Source of the DNA: Rhodospirillaceae bacterium | GTDB taxonomy: Bacteria > Pseudomonadota > Alphaproteobacteria > UBA7985 | NCBI GenBank assembly: GCA_038141425.1 | Contig: JAYQIC010000007.1 | Span: 75,554 to 139,553 of the forward strand | Direction: 5' to 3' | Length of the DNA: 64,000 nt | In this document: piece after piece, positions 1 through 11,016 of the stretch | Layout of the letters: every line of letters starts with the position of its first letter | How positions within the stretch are numbered: the first letter of the stretch is position 1 | Translations under genes and position numbers: made by a program | Notes under the pieces: model-generated | The model's input: only the letters and a program-made list of their open reading frames with translations | The model's database searches: none | What the model was told of the DNA's origin: nothing

Positions 1-1
1 C

Positions 2-2685
2 GCCAACGGCAACCTTCACATCGGTCACGCGCTCAACAAGATCCTCAAGGACGTCATCAACCGCACCCAGCAGATGCTCGGCAAGGACGCCTATTACGTG
101 CCGGGCTGGGACTGTCATGGCCTGCCGATCGAGTGGAAGATCGAAGAGCAATACCGCGAGCGCGGGCAGGATAAAGACGAGGTCGACGTCGTTGAATTCC
201 GCCGCGAGTGCCGCGACTTTGCTCAGGGTTGGGTCGAAGAGCAGACCCGGCAGTTCAAGCGCCTCGGGGTGCTGGGCAACTGGGATCAGCCCTACCTGAC
301 CATGCACTACGACGCCGAAGCGCAGATCGTGCGTGAGCTGGGCAAGTTCCTGCTCGACGGGCAGCTCTACAAGGGCAACAAGCCGGTGCTTTGGTCGGTG
401 GTCGAGAAAACCGCACTGGCCGACGCCGAGGTCGAATACTACCCGCACAAGTCGGTGACCATCTGGGTCAAGTTCCCGGTCAAATCTGCGCCTCAGCCAG
501 AGCTGGTCGGGGCGAGTGCCGTCATCTGGACCACCACCACCTGGACCATCCCCGGCAACCGCGCCATGGCGTTCCACGACGACATTGTCTACGGCGTCTA
601 CCGCGTCGATGCCGTCGCCGAAGGCTCGCTCGCGCAGGTCGGCGAACGCCTGATCATCGCCGATGAAACCGCTGAAGCGACCGCAGCTTCGGCAAAGATC
701 GAGGCCTGGACCCGGGAAGACCTTGAGGTCGATCTCACCGGCGTTATCGCCGCCCACCCTTTGGCTGAGCAGGGCTTCGACCACGACGTGCCCATGTTCC
801 ATGGCGACTATGTGACCACGGAGCAGGGGACGGGACTGGTCCACATCGCACCGGGTCACGGCTTCGATGACTGGCAGCTGGCGACCGTCCAGCACGGGGT
901 CGAAGTGCCGATGACGGTGGCCGAAGATGGCGCGTTCTATGACCACGTGCCGCTGTTCGGTGGCCTTGACGGTCTATGACCAGAAGGGCAAGGACGGCAC
1001 CGCGCTCGGCCCGATCCTGCGCGCGCTGATCGAGGCTGGTGGCCTGCTCGCCAAGGGCAAGCTGGAGCACTCCTATCCCCATTCGTGGCGGTCCAAGGCG
1101 CCCCTGATCTTCCGCAACACCGCCCAGTGGTTCATCTCCATGGAAGAGAAGGGCCTGCGCGTCGGTGCGCTCAAGGCGCTGGGCGACACCAGTTTTGTGC
1201 CAGAGCAGGGCCGCAACCGCATCACGTCGATGATCGAGAGCCGGCCCGACTGGTGCGTATCCCGACAGCGTGTCTGGGGCGTGCCGCTGCCGATTTTCGT
1301 GCGCAAGTCCGATGGCCAGCCGCTGCGTGACCCCAAGGTGATCGAACGCATCGCCGAGGCCTATGAGCTGGAAGGCGGCGACGCCTGGTTCAACAGCCCG
1401 CCTTCGCGCTTTCTGGGGAATGACTACGACCCGGAAGATTTTGAGCAGGGCCGCGACGTGGTCGAGGTCTGGTTTGACAGCGGCGCGACCCATAGCTTCG
1501 TGCTGGAAAAGCGTCCGGAGCTGAAGTGGCCGGCCGACCTGTATCTCGAAGGCTCGGACCAGCACCGCGGCTGGTTCCATTCCTCGCTGCTGGTCGGGGT
1601 CGGCACCCGTGGCCGCGCACCCTATGACGCCATCCTCACCCACGGCTTCGTGCTGGATGAGAAGGGCAACAAGATGTCCAAGTCGCTGGGCAACGTCACC
1701 GCACCCGACGATGTCGCCAAGGATTTCGGCATCGATATCCTGCGCTTGTGGGTCGTGGCATCGGACTACAGCGATGATCTTCGCATCGGCCCGGCGATCC
1801 TCAAGCATTCAGCCGATGCTTACCGCCGGTTCCGCAACTCACTGCGCTTCATCCTCGGCAATCTCGGCGATTTCCAGCCCTCGCAGGCCGTTGCCTACGA
1901 TGACCTGCCTGAGCTGGAGCGCTGGGTGCTGCACCGGCTGAGCGAGTTGGACGCGCTGGTGCGGACGTCGGCAGAGGCCTACGACTTCCACCGGCTGTAC
2001 ACCGAGCTGCACAATTTCTGCGCCGTCGATCTGTCCGCGCTTTACTTCGATATCCGCAAGGATGCGCTCTACTGTGACGCGCCGGACAGCCTGCGCGCCC
2101 GCGCGGCCCGGACCGTGCTGGCCGAGTGCTTCTCGTGCCTGACCGCGTGGCTGGCGCCGATCCTGTGCTTTCACTGCTGAAGAAGCCTGGCTGACCCGGC
2201 GCGAGGACGAGGCCGAACTGCCGGAGATGCTGGTCGACACCGACTCAGTCCATCTGCGTGTCATCCCCGAAATCCCGGCGCAGTGGTCGAACGCCGCGCT
2301 GGCCGACAAGTGGGCCGACGTTTTTGCGGTCCGCCGGGTGATCACCACCGCGCTTGAGCCCTTGCGGCAGGAAAAGACCATCGGTTCGAGCCTGCAGGCC
2401 GCGCCACGGGTGTTCCTATCCGCCGACAAGGCCGCCGCGCTGGCAGATGTTGATTTCACCGAAGTTGCCATTGTCTCCGGGGTCACGATCGAGACCGGTG
2501 AGGGACCCGCCGACGCTGTGCGGGTCGAAGACATCGCCGGCGTTGCGGTGGCGCCGCAGCTGGCCGAGGGTGAGAAGTGCCAGCGCTGCTGGCAGGTGCT
2601 GCCTGAAGTCAGCGCCCATCCCGATCACCTGTGCGCGCGCTGCGACGTTGCAGTGTCCGGGGCTGTGTCCGAGGCAGGGGCCTGA
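2..2685 (+). CDS. ileS: Isoleucine--tRNA ligase, 5'-partial (window starts about 60 aa into the gene). Apparent frameshifts near 940-980 and 2170-2230 split it into three ORFs.
   Basis: HIGH motif (NGNLHIGHALNK) at the window start, KMSKSLGN motif, C-terminal Zn-finger CQRCW...CARC. ORFs 74-979, 927-2180 and 2227-2685 are collinear with IleS. Confidence 0.9.
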
Positions 2686-2688
2686 CCC

Positions 2689-3192
2689 ATGCTGCGCTGG
2701 GGCATTCTACTCGCGTTGGCGGTGCTCGCCGCGGATCAGGTGACCAAAGCCCTGATCGTCGCCAACCTGCCGATATTCTCCGCCGCGACACCGTCGGTGA
2801 TCGACGTCACGCCCTTCCTCAACATCTGGCACGTGCGGAATTCCGGGATCGCCTTCTCCATCGGGAATTTTAACGATGGCGGGCGCTACTTCATTGGTGC
2901 GCTGGCCTTCGCGGTGGCGGCGGGGCTGATCATCATCGGGCGTAAGAGCAGCAATAATATGGTGATCGCGGCCTATGCGCTGATCGCCGGTGGCGCGCTC
3001 GGCAATGCCTTCGACCGTCTCAACCCGGGCCGCAAAACGGTGGTGGATTTCCTCGATTTTCACGTTGCGGGCCTGCACTGGCCCTCGTTCAACGTGGCAG
3101 ATTCGGCGATTGTTGTGGGGGTTGCCCTTATTCTGGCCGATATGTTGTTCTTGTCTGACCGGCGAGCGTCTTCGTCGTCTTCGCAGGAGTAG
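2689..3192 (+). CDS. lspA: Lipoprotein signal peptidase (signal peptidase II)
   Basis: 167 aa multi-TM protein immediately downstream of ileS (classic ileS-lspA synteny); FNVADSAIVVG motif. Confidence 0.85.
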   Translation: MLRWGILLALAVLAADQVTKALIVANLPIFSAATPSVIDVTPFLNIWHVRNSGIAFSIGNFNDGGRYFIGALAFAVAAGLIIIGRKSSNNMVIAAYALIAGGALGNAFDRLNPGRKTVVDFLDFHVAGLHWPSFNVADSAIVVGVALILADMLFLSDRRASSSSSQE

Positions 3193-3202
3193 GGCTTCAA
3201 TC

Positions 3203-3625
3203 ATGTCGATGGGCCGGGCCGTCATTTCTCTGATTATCGGGACCGCTGCCATCGGTGGGCTGACCGGATGTGGGAGCCTGACTCGGGGGCTGGGCTACTT
3301 CACCAGCGCCGGTCTGGTCGACGAGTACGCCATCCCGCAGAACCGCAGCCTCGCCATGCCGACCGATTTCTCGCGCATGCCCACGCCGCGCAACGAAGTT
3401 TCTGAGACGCAGAGCCTGCCCACCCCCGATGAGATCGAGGCGCTGGTGTTCACGATCGAACCCGAGGCCGCACCCGAGGAGCAGTACCAGCCGATCACGG
3501 TCATCGCGGGCGAAGTGCCGCAGTACCAGCCTATCGGCCGCATCGTTGCCAGCGGTTCGAACGGCGCCGCAACCCAGTTCCAGGTCTCTACCCAGACCAA
3601 TTCCGGGGGTCGATCTTCCCGGTAG
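3203..3625 (+). CDS. Putative lipoprotein (DUF3035-like). May continue into ORF 3631-3891 via a frameshift at the GGGGG run near 3603.
   Basis: N-terminus MSMGRAVISLIIGTAAIGGLTGCGSL has a lipobox (LTGC); Pro/Ala-rich downstream ORF in another frame. Confidence 0.5.
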   Translation: MSMGRAVISLIIGTAAIGGLTGCGSLTRGLGYFTSAGLVDEYAIPQNRSLAMPTDFSRMPTPRNEVSETQSLPTPDEIEALVFTIEPEAAPEEQYQPITVIAGEVPQYQPIGRIVASGSNGAATQFQVSTQTNSGGRSSR

Positions 3626-3958
3626 CCCCGGTGCCGTCGAACCCTGCTGGCCTTGCCCCGATCCCCGTGGCTTCAACCCCGGCCGCGGCCACGGCCTCGG
3701 AACCGGCCTTGGTACCGCTGACGGCAGAGCAGGCTGCCACCCTCGCGGCCATGGCTGTTGAAGCGCCGGTCGCGGTGAACCCAGCGGCTCCGGTATTAGC
3801 CAACACAACCGCCGAGCCGGACTTGCAGTGGATCACATCTCTGCCAGCTGGCGTGTCGATGATGGGTGAACCGGTCGTCGTCTCGCGATAATGCCCCATT
3901 TAAGGGGGCAGAAGGCGAGCATCCCCGCCCTGATCGCAACAACGACTCTGAGACCACA

Positions 3959-5317
3959 ATGAACAAACTGTTGCTCACTATCGCCGGTGCGCTGGCGTCG
4001 CTGGTCGCCCTGCCTGCCGGGGCGCTGTACGAGCAAGCGCGCTGGATCACCCTCGACAACGGCATGGACGTGATCGTCATCGAAAACCATCGTGCGCCAG
4101 CGGTCCACGCCCGTGTCGCCTACAAGGTAGGGGCGCTGGATGAACAGCCCGGAACCTACGGCATCGCCCACGTGCTCGAACACATGATGTTTCGCGGCGC
4201 ACCACCGCTGAACGGCAAGGGCCTCGCGCCCGGAGAGTACGACGCGACGCTCGACCGCATTGGTGCCGACAGCAACGCCTCGACCTCGGCCAATGTGACC
4301 TCCTACTACGCGTGGTTCGGCTCCGAGCATCTGGAGACCTTCCTCGTCCTCAACGCCATCCTGATGAACGGCCTCGACGCCGATCCGGACCAGCTGGAGA
4401 ACGAGAAAGGCGTGGTGCTGCAGGAATACCGCCAGCGGTGGGAGAACAACCCCGCCGCCCGCGCTGCGCACTTCCTGCGCGCCGACCTGCGCGGGGTCGC
4501 CGCCTATGATCACCCGATCATCGGCACCAAAGAAGACTTCGAGGCCCTGACCTCAGCCGATCTGCTCGACTTTCACCAGACTTGGTACCATCCCAACAAT
4601 GCGGTGCTGATCGTCGCCGGTGACGTGGTCCCGGAGGAGGTTTTTGCCCTCGCTGAACAGCACTTCGGCAGCTTCGAAGCCGTTCCGGTGCCTGCCCGCC
4701 TCCGGCCCGATGCTGAACGCCCGTTCGAGGCTGATTTCGAGACCGTGACCGACGCGCTGATCACAAAGCCATCGGCCCGCCGGGCGTGGCGCCTGCCGGA
4801 AGTCGTGGCCGAGACCGGGGTCGAAGCCTTCCGGACCCGCTACGCGGCGCGGCTGCTGTCGTCCATGCTGACCTCAGGTCTGGACGCACCCTTTACCCGC
4901 TATCTGCAGACCGAGCGTCAGATCGCGCTGAGTGCCGGGTTCTCGCTTGTCCTCGACGAAGGCCAGGACTGGGCGATCCTCAGCATCGAACCGGTGGAGG
5001 GACAGGACCCCGTTGCCGTGCTCGATGAAGCCGAAGACTTCCTGCGCAACTGGCTGGAAAGCGATCTGACCACCGAGCGGCTGGAGCGGCAGAAGCGTCG
5101 CTTCGTCAACGGCCTTGTTTACGCCGCCGATAGCATCGATGGCCCGGCGACCTCGTTTGAGAGCGTGGTCGCGACCAACGGCGACTATGGCGTGTTTCTG
5201 ACCCTCGAAGACACCATCAATTCCATGACAATCGACGACATCCGCGCCGTGGCGGCGCTGTTTCTTGACCAGACCAGCGCCCCCAAGACGCTGGTCCTTG
5301 GCCCGCTGGAGGAATAG
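3959..5317 (+). CDS. M16 family zinc peptidase (pitrilysin/insulinase-like), secreted
   Basis: Signal peptide; inverted zinc motif HVLEHMMFRG (HxxEH); about 450 aa. Confidence 0.8.
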   Translation: MNKLLLTIAGALASLVALPAGALYEQARWITLDNGMDVIVIENHRAPAVHARVAYKVGALDEQPGTYGIAHVLEHMMFRGAPPLNGKGLAPGEYDATLDRIGADSNASTSANVTSYYAWFGSEHLETFLVLNAILMNGLDADPDQLENEKGVVLQEYRQRWENNPAARAAHFLRADLRGVAAYDHPIIGTKEDFEALTSADLLDFHQTWYHPNNAVLIVAGDVVPEEVFALAEQHFGSFEAVPVPARLRPDAERPFEADFETVTDALITKPSARRAWRLPEVVAETGVEAFRTRYAARLLSSMLTSGLDAPFTRYLQTERQIALSAGFSLVLDEGQDWAILSIEPVEGQDPVAVLDEAEDFLRNWLESDLTTERLERQKRRFVNGLVYAADSIDGPATSFESVVATNGDYGVFLTLEDTINSMTIDDIRAVAALFLDQTSAPKTLVLGPLEE

Positions 5318-5320
5318 GCG

Positions 5321-6673
5321 ATGAGAACCCTGATCCCGAACCTGCGGCGGCCTGCGCTGTCGCTCGCTGCTGCTGCCGGTCTGATCGCGGTCTTTGGCCT
5401 TGGCCAGCCCGCTGCCGCCATCGATATTCAGGTGGTGCCGATCACCGACGAGGTCGATGCGTGGCTGGTCGAAGATCACACCAACCCGCTGATCACGCTC
5501 AAATTCGGCTTCGAAGGCGGCTCCCGCTGGGACGAGCCGGGCAAGGAGGGCACCGCTTCGCTGGCCTTCGGATCACTGAACGAGGGCGCAGGCGAGATGA
5601 ACGCCGAGACCTTCCTCGGACTGCTGCAGGATGAGGCCGTTTCCATGGCCGGCAGCGCCGGGTTCAAGTGGTCGACGGTCAGCTTCCAGACCCCGACAGC
5701 GTCGATCGACTTTGCCTTCGAGCAGCTTGAAACCATGCTCACGGACCCTGCCTTTGACCCCGAGGGGGTCGAGCGCATGCGGCGCGATGCCCTCGCCGGT
5801 GCCGCGCAACGGGCTCGAGCGCCCGGCGCGCAGCTGGGCGAGGCCTTCTTCGACGCGCTCTGGGGTGAGGATGATCCGCGGAACCGTAAGTTCAGCGGCG
5901 ATATGGAGACCATTCCGGCGATCACCCAGGCCGATCTGTTCGCGGTCACCGACCGCATCATCGGGCGGAACAACGTCATTATCGCAGCGGTGGGCGACAT
6001 CACGCCCGACGAGCTGCGCCGCCGGGTGGCGCCTATTCTTGCGCGCCTGCCGGAGGTGACCCCGCCCGAAGACCTCGCGCCGCCGGTGTTTGCGCGTTTC
6101 GAGGCACCGGTCGCCATCGACTTTGACCAGACCCAGACTATCGTCTACGCGGTCGCCCCGGCCTTCCCGCGCACCGACCCGGACAACTACGCCGCGCGTG
6201 TGGTCAGCCACATCCTCGGCGCCGGGGGTCTGAGCTCGCGGCTGAGCGAGCGGGTCCGCAACCAGCTCGGGTTGGTCTATGGCATCAACAGCAGCTATTC
6301 GGGCCGCGCCGACTACGGCTCGGTTTCCTTCAACTTTGCCACGGCCAACGATGCCGCCGATGAGGCGCTGGATGCCACGCTGGAAGTCTGGCAAGACTTC
6401 GCCGAGAACGGCCCAACGGCCGAGGAAGTCGAGGAGGCCATCGCCTACCTCACCGGCTCCTATGCCAACTACTTCCTCAATTCGAACGACGTGGTCGACT
6501 ATGTGTTGAGTATCCAGATCCAGGATCTGCCGCCCGATTTCCCCGAGTTCCGCAACGACCTGTTCCGCGCGGTGACGCTCGAGGACGCGCAGCGGACGGC
6601 ACGGCGGCTCTACAGCGAAGAACTGCGCTATGGTCTGGTGGGTCGCCCAACGGCGTTTACACCGGACGAGTAA
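5321..6673 (+). CDS. M16 family peptidase, second subunit (partner of upstream gene, probably non-catalytic)
   Basis: Signal peptide; M16 fold-like length (450 aa) and composition; start 4 nt after the stop of the upstream M16 gene; no HxxEH motif. Confidence 0.7.
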   Translation: MRTLIPNLRRPALSLAAAAGLIAVFGLGQPAAAIDIQVVPITDEVDAWLVEDHTNPLITLKFGFEGGSRWDEPGKEGTASLAFGSLNEGAGEMNAETFLGLLQDEAVSMAGSAGFKWSTVSFQTPTASIDFAFEQLETMLTDPAFDPEGVERMRRDALAGAAQRARAPGAQLGEAFFDALWGEDDPRNRKFSGDMETIPAITQADLFAVTDRIIGRNNVIIAAVGDITPDELRRRVAPILARLPEVTPPEDLAPPVFARFEAPVAIDFDQTQTIVYAVAPAFPRTDPDNYAARVVSHILGAGGLSSRLSERVRNQLGLVYGINSSYSGRADYGSVSFNFATANDAADEALDATLEVWQDFAENGPTAEEVEEAIAYLTGSYANYFLNSNDVVDYVLSIQIQDLPPDFPEFRNDLFRAVTLEDAQRTARRLYSEELRYGLVGRPTAFTPDE

Positions 6674-6736
6674 GCCTCGCCGAAACAGGTTGGAACCGGG
6701 CTTGCTTTCAGGCCCGGTTTCCGGCGAAATCGGGGC

Positions 6737-7510
6737 ATGCAATTCGACCCCGATCCCCTGCTTGGCCCCGACGATCCACCGCCCTTCCATTGGGTGCAGC
6801 GGCGGCCTGCGCAGCGCACTCTGCTGCTCAATGATCACGCCGGGTTTCGCACGCCCAAGGCGCTGGGTGATCTCGGCCTGCCCGACTACGCCTGGCGCAG
6901 CCACATCGTCGGCGATTGGGGGATGGAGGCGCTGGGCCGGGATTTGGTGCAGCGGCTCGATGGCTCGCTGATCGAGGGCGTTTATTCCCGCGCCGTGCTC
7001 GACCTGAACCGGCGTCCGACCGACTGGGACATGGCCGGGGCCATGCTCGACGGCGTTTCAGTGCCCGCCAACTGCGATCTTGCGCCTGCGTCCTACGCCG
7101 CCCGGATCGAGGCGATCCACCGCCCTTACCACGACGAGATCGAGGCTTTTATTGCCGAGATGGAGCACCCGCACCCGCTGATCGTGCACTGCCACTCCTT
7201 CACCGACTGCCTGATGTCGACACCGGACGACCCGCGACCGTGGGAAATCGGGCTGCTGCACTATTGTGAAGAAGACCGCGCCGGGGCCGCCATCGACTGG
7301 CTGCGGCGACACACCAACTACACGGTTGGGGATAACCAGCCCTACGACCTGTTCGAGCGGATGACAGGCTCCTACGCTCTGCACAACATGCACCGGACCT
7401 TGCCTGCTATCACCTTTGAAATCCGACAGGATCTCATCACCACGGCAGCGGAGGTGGACCACTGGGCCAGCCTGCTCGACGCCATGATCAAGGACGTGTT
7501 TCAGCCATGA
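6737..7510 (+). CDS. N-formylglutamate amidohydrolase (FGase/HutG-like) family protein
   Basis: 257 aa; N-terminal LLLNDHAGF, typical of the FGase family. Confidence 0.55.
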   Translation: MQFDPDPLLGPDDPPPFHWVQRRPAQRTLLLNDHAGFRTPKALGDLGLPDYAWRSHIVGDWGMEALGRDLVQRLDGSLIEGVYSRAVLDLNRRPTDWDMAGAMLDGVSVPANCDLAPASYAARIEAIHRPYHDEIEAFIAEMEHPHPLIVHCHSFTDCLMSTPDDPRPWEIGLLHYCEEDRAGAAIDWLRRHTNYTVGDNQPYDLFERMTGSYALHNMHRTLPAITFEIRQDLITTAAEVDHWASLLDAMIKDVFQP

Positions 7511-7818
7511 CAGACCTGGATACTGCCACCCGGACCGAACTCGAAGCCGCCGCGTTTCGCGCCCTGCGCGCGCACCTGATGGAGCGCAGTGACGTGCAGA
7601 ATATCGACATGATGAACCTCGCCGGGTTCTGCCGGAACTGCCTGTCGCGCTGGTACGGTGAAGCTGCAGGCGAGCGCGGGATTGAGATGACCAAGGACGA
7701 GGCACGCGAAGCCTTCTACGGTGAACCCTACGAGGACTGGCGCGCCAAGCACCAGACCGAAGCAACCACAAGAACAGCAGGCTGCCTTTGCCAAGGCCGC
7801 TGCAGCGGAGAAGTGACG
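7507..7818 (+). CDS. DUF1244 family protein. In this assembly it reads through in frame into gapR (single 206-aa ORF 7507-8127).
   Basis: N-terminal about 100 aa (ELEAAAFRALRAHLMERSDVQNIDMMNLAGFCRNCLSRWY) matches the DUF1244 pattern. The +1 frame gives a plausible C-terminus ...QEQQAAFAKAAAAEK then TGA overlapping the gapR ATG. Confidence 0.5.
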
Positions 7819-8127
7819 ATGTCCGACGAATTCGACAACGAACTCGACCAGATCATGGCCGACACCACGGCCAAGGCCGAACCCATGCCTTCGGGCACCC
7901 CCGCTGCTGCTGCGCTGATCCAGTTCATCGAGCGCGTCGAGCGGCTCGAAGAAGAAAAGGCCGGTCTGATGGAGGATATCCGCTCGGTCTACGGCGAGGC
8001 TAAGGGGGCTGGTTTTGACCCCAAGATCATGCGCGCCATCGTACGCCTGCGGAAGATGGAGCCCGCCGACCGGCAGGAGCAGGAAGCCCTGATCGAAACC
8101 TACAAGGCCGCCGTTGGCATGGGCTGA
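7819..8127 (+). CDS. gapR: GapR (DUF2312/UPF0335) nucleoid-associated protein
   Basis: MSDEFDNELDQ...FIERVERLEEEKAGLMEDIRSVYGEAKGAGFDPKIMRAIVRLRKMEPADRQEQEALIETYKAAVGMG aligns closely to Caulobacter GapR. Confidence 0.7.
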   Translation: MSDEFDNELDQIMADTTAKAEPMPSGTPAAAALIQFIERVERLEEEKAGLMEDIRSVYGEAKGAGFDPKIMRAIVRLRKMEPADRQEQEALIETYKAAVGMG

Positions 8128-8166
8128 GCCCTGATCAAGGTGAACTTGAACCGCCGTTAAGTCGAC

Positions 8167-8682
8167 TCAGCCGTCGAGCTTGATATCGGGCAGAGGCATG
8201 ACGTCAATACCGTCGTCGAGCAGGGCGTCGACCTGCTCCTTCGACGCTTTGCCGCGGATGCCGCGATCAGGCTTTTCGCCGTCGTGGATGGCGCGGGCTT
8301 CTTCGGCAAATTTATCACCCACGTCCTCGTGGGTCTTCTCCACCGATGCCCGTACCGCGTGGAAGAACTGGCGCGCGGCGGCGACCTGCTCCGGTGACCA
8401 GTTGTTCGGCGCTGAGGTGGTCTGAACCGCTGGCTTCGCCTGTGCCTGCATCTGTGGCTGGGGTAGTGGTTGGGGTGGCGCTGGCAGCGAAGCAGTCTCC
8501 GCTTTGCCACGGTCCCGACCCCCGCGTACGTTCGGCTTCATCAGCGTTTTCTGCACCGAGGCATCGTTGCAGTGCGGGCAGGACACCAGACCGCGCTCGC
8601 GCTGGTCATCGAAACTGGCGCTGTCCGCAAACCAGGCTTCGAAGCCATGGCCCTGAGAACACTGGAGGCTGAACTTGATCAT
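8167..8682 (-). CDS. DUF1178 family zinc-ribbon protein
   Basis: MIKFSLQCSQGHGFEAWFADSASFD...CPHCND, characteristic DUF1178 N-terminus. Confidence 0.6.
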   Translation of the reverse strand: MIKFSLQCSQGHGFEAWFADSASFDDQRERGLVSCPHCNDASVQKTLMKPNVRGGRDRGKAETASLPAPPQPLPQPQMQAQAKPAVQTTSAPNNWSPEQVAAARQFFHAVRASVEKTHEDVGDKFAEEARAIHDGEKPDRGIRGKASKEQVDALLDDGIDVMPLPDIKLDG

Positions 8683-8707
8683 GGCCCTAATTTAGGGAGT
8701 CGGTGGC

Positions 8708-9583
8708 TCAGTGGGAAGATGAGAGGTGAAAGGTTCTGGCGTGATCCAGCGCCGGGATCGCCTGACGGGCCGCGCTGACCTTCTCGAAATCGAGGTCGAA
8801 GGCGAGGATGCCGGGCTCGGTTTCCGACGCCAGCTCCGCGACGATTTCGCCCCAGGGACTGACCACGCAGGAATGTCCGTAGGTCCGCCGCTCGCCCGCG
8901 TGTTCCCCGCAGGTGCCCGCCGCCAGCACCCAGCTGCCGGTCTCGATCGCCCGGGCGCGCAGAAGCACGTGCCAGTGCGCCCGGCCCGTGGTCTGAGTGA
9001 AGGCTGCCGGGATCAGCAACACGTTGGCACCGGCCATGGCCAGCGATTGATGCAGCGCCGGAAAGCGCAGGTCGTAGCAGATCGTGTGACCAAGGACCAC
9101 AGGGCTGTCGGGCAGGGCGGAGAGCAGTGCCTCTTCGCCCGGGGTGAAAATCTCGCTCTCCCCGTAGTGCTGGCCATCGCCGATTTGAACGTCGAACAGG
9201 TGGATTTTGTCGTAGCTGTTGATCACCTCGCCTTCCGGGCTGAACAGGATCTGGCGGTTGACCATCGAGCCGGGAATTTCCCCGGCGACGAGCACCGACC
9301 CCAGACACAGGAACACCGACAGCTCGGCGGACAGCCGCTGCCCCATGGCGAAGACCGGGTCCTGTTCGAGCGGCAGGGCCTGGGCCATCATTACCTCGCG
9401 GTCGGGCTGGATGACGTTGCTGGCCTCGGCGGTCAGGATCATCTGGGGCCTGTGGTCAGTGGCAGCCTGCCGGATCATGGTTTCCAGCGACCCCGCATTA
9501 ACTGCCGGGTCAGGGCCGACACAGAACTGGATCAGGCTGACTTTCACGGCTTTTTCCTTCTCTCTGCGCGCCTTTTCCACCAT
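8708..9583 (-). CDS. Carbon-nitrogen hydrolase (nitrilase/amidase superfamily) protein
   Basis: About 290 aa with a CYDLRFP block and a nitrilase-superfamily-like layout. Confidence 0.7.
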   Translation of the reverse strand: MVEKARREKEKAVKVSLIQFCVGPDPAVNAGSLETMIRQAATDHRPQMILTAEASNVIQPDREVMMAQALPLEQDPVFAMGQRLSAELSVFLCLGSVLVAGEIPGSMVNRQILFSPEGEVINSYDKIHLFDVQIGDGQHYGESEIFTPGEEALLSALPDSPVVLGHTICYDLRFPALHQSLAMAGANVLLIPAAFTQTTGRAHWHVLLRARAIETGSWVLAAGTCGEHAGERRTYGHSCVVSPWGEIVAELASETEPGILAFDLDFEKVSAARQAIPALDHARTFHLSSSH

Positions 9584-9731
9584 TGTTGCGCAGGCTCAGA
9601 GGCTCCCTTGCACAATGACGCACTGGTAAGGGGCATCACTCGACCCTAAGCTAAAGGGAGTTCAGGGCCGTGGAAACCACCTTCGCCAAGGATCGGTTGC
9701 CCGCCTGAGATCAACGCTGAGAGTACCGGTT

Positions 9732-10948
9732 TTGGACTACGCTTCATTCTTTTCCGATCGCTTGTCATCGCTGCACAAGGAAGGGCGCTACCGCGTCTTC
9801 GCTAACCTTGAGCGCGTGTCGGGCAAGCATCCGAAGGCGGTCTACCGTGATCCCCTGACCGGGACGGCGCGGGAGATTACCGTCTGGTGCTCAAACGACT
9901 ACCTCGGCATGGGTCAGAACGTCAGCGTGCAGCAGGCCATGGCCAACGCTGCGCTGGAGCAGGGCGCGGGCGTCGGTGGCACGCGCAATATTTCCGGCAC
10001 CAACCAGCTGCACGTGGAACTGGAACGGGAGCTGGCCGAACTGCACGGCAAAGAAGCCGGGCTAATCTTCACCTCTGGCTACGTCAGCAATCTCGCTGCG
10101 CTGGGCACGCTGGCTGCGAACCTCAAGGACTGCCTGATTTTCTCCGACCGGCTCAACCACGCGTCGATGATCGAGGCGATGCGCTGGGCGCGTGCGGAGA
10201 AGGTGATTTTCGAGCACAACGATATGGCTGATCTGGAAGCCAAGCTGCGCCAGGCTGACCCGGACCGCCCCAAGATAATCGCCTTTGAGTCCTGCTATTC
10301 GATGGAGGGCGACTTCGCCCCCATCGGCACCATCTGCGACCTCGCCGAAAAGTACGGCGCGCTGACTTATCTCGATGAAGTCCACGCGGTCGGGCTCTAC
10401 GGCCTGCACGGTGGTGGGGTGTCCGAACGCGACCAGCAGGCGCACCGGATCGACGTGATCGAAGGCACGCTGGCCAAGGCCTTCGGCTGCATGGGCGGCT
10501 ATATCGCGGCGAACAGCGATATTGTCGACTTCGTCCGCTCCTACGCCTCGGCCTTTATCTTTACCACCGCGCTGCCGCCGTCGCTCACCGCTGGCGCGCT
10601 ACAGGCTGTGCGACACCTGAAGGCCAGCCAGCAGGAACGCCTGCGGTTGCAGGAACGTGCTGCGACATTGAAGAGCAAGCTGCGCGCCGCGCAGTTGCCG
10701 TTCATGATGTCGGAAAGCCATATCGTGCCGGTCTTGGTCGGGGACGCACGCCGCTGCCGCGAAGCCTCGGATATCCTGCTCGAAGATTTCAACATCTACG
10801 TCCAGCCGATCAACTATCCGACCGTGCCGCGCGGCACCGAGCGCCTGCGTTTCACCCCGGGCCGATGCACACGGATGAAGACATGGACCAGCTGGTCGCA
10901 GCGCTGCAGGCGACCTGGGCTCGCCTGAGCCTGTCGCAAGCCGCCTGA
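9732..10948 (+). CDS. hemA: 5-aminolevulinate synthase. A 1-nt homopolymer indel near 10860 shifts the last about 30 codons.
   Basis: N-terminus [23 protein letters not shown]...[10 protein letters not shown] and the PLP-enzyme body are typical of ALAS. Alternate frame restores the C-terminus ...[31 protein letters not shown]. Confidence 0.9.
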
Positions 10949-11016
10949 AACCTCTCGAAATCCGGGCCGATTTGACCCATATGTGCCCCGACACGCTTTA
11001 CTAAGGCTGGGAAAAA

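Noticed and set aside
744-1808. Long antisense ORF (354 aa) opposite ileS. Similar long antisense or alternative-frame ORFs occur at 5573-6904, 18099-19352, 19806-21134, 21887-23449, 27212-28867, 37154-38947 and 61175-62080.
   Set aside because: Typical spurious open frames of high-GC DNA. Arg/Ala/Pro/Gly-rich low-complexity translations that overlap genes with strong motif support on the other strand or frame.
9584-9731. Glycine riboswitch upstream of hemA (ALA synthase uses glycine)
   Set aside because: The region lacks the conserved GGAGAG...ACCGAAGGGGCAA aptamer cores; only weak chance resemblance (CCACCTTCGCCAAGG).
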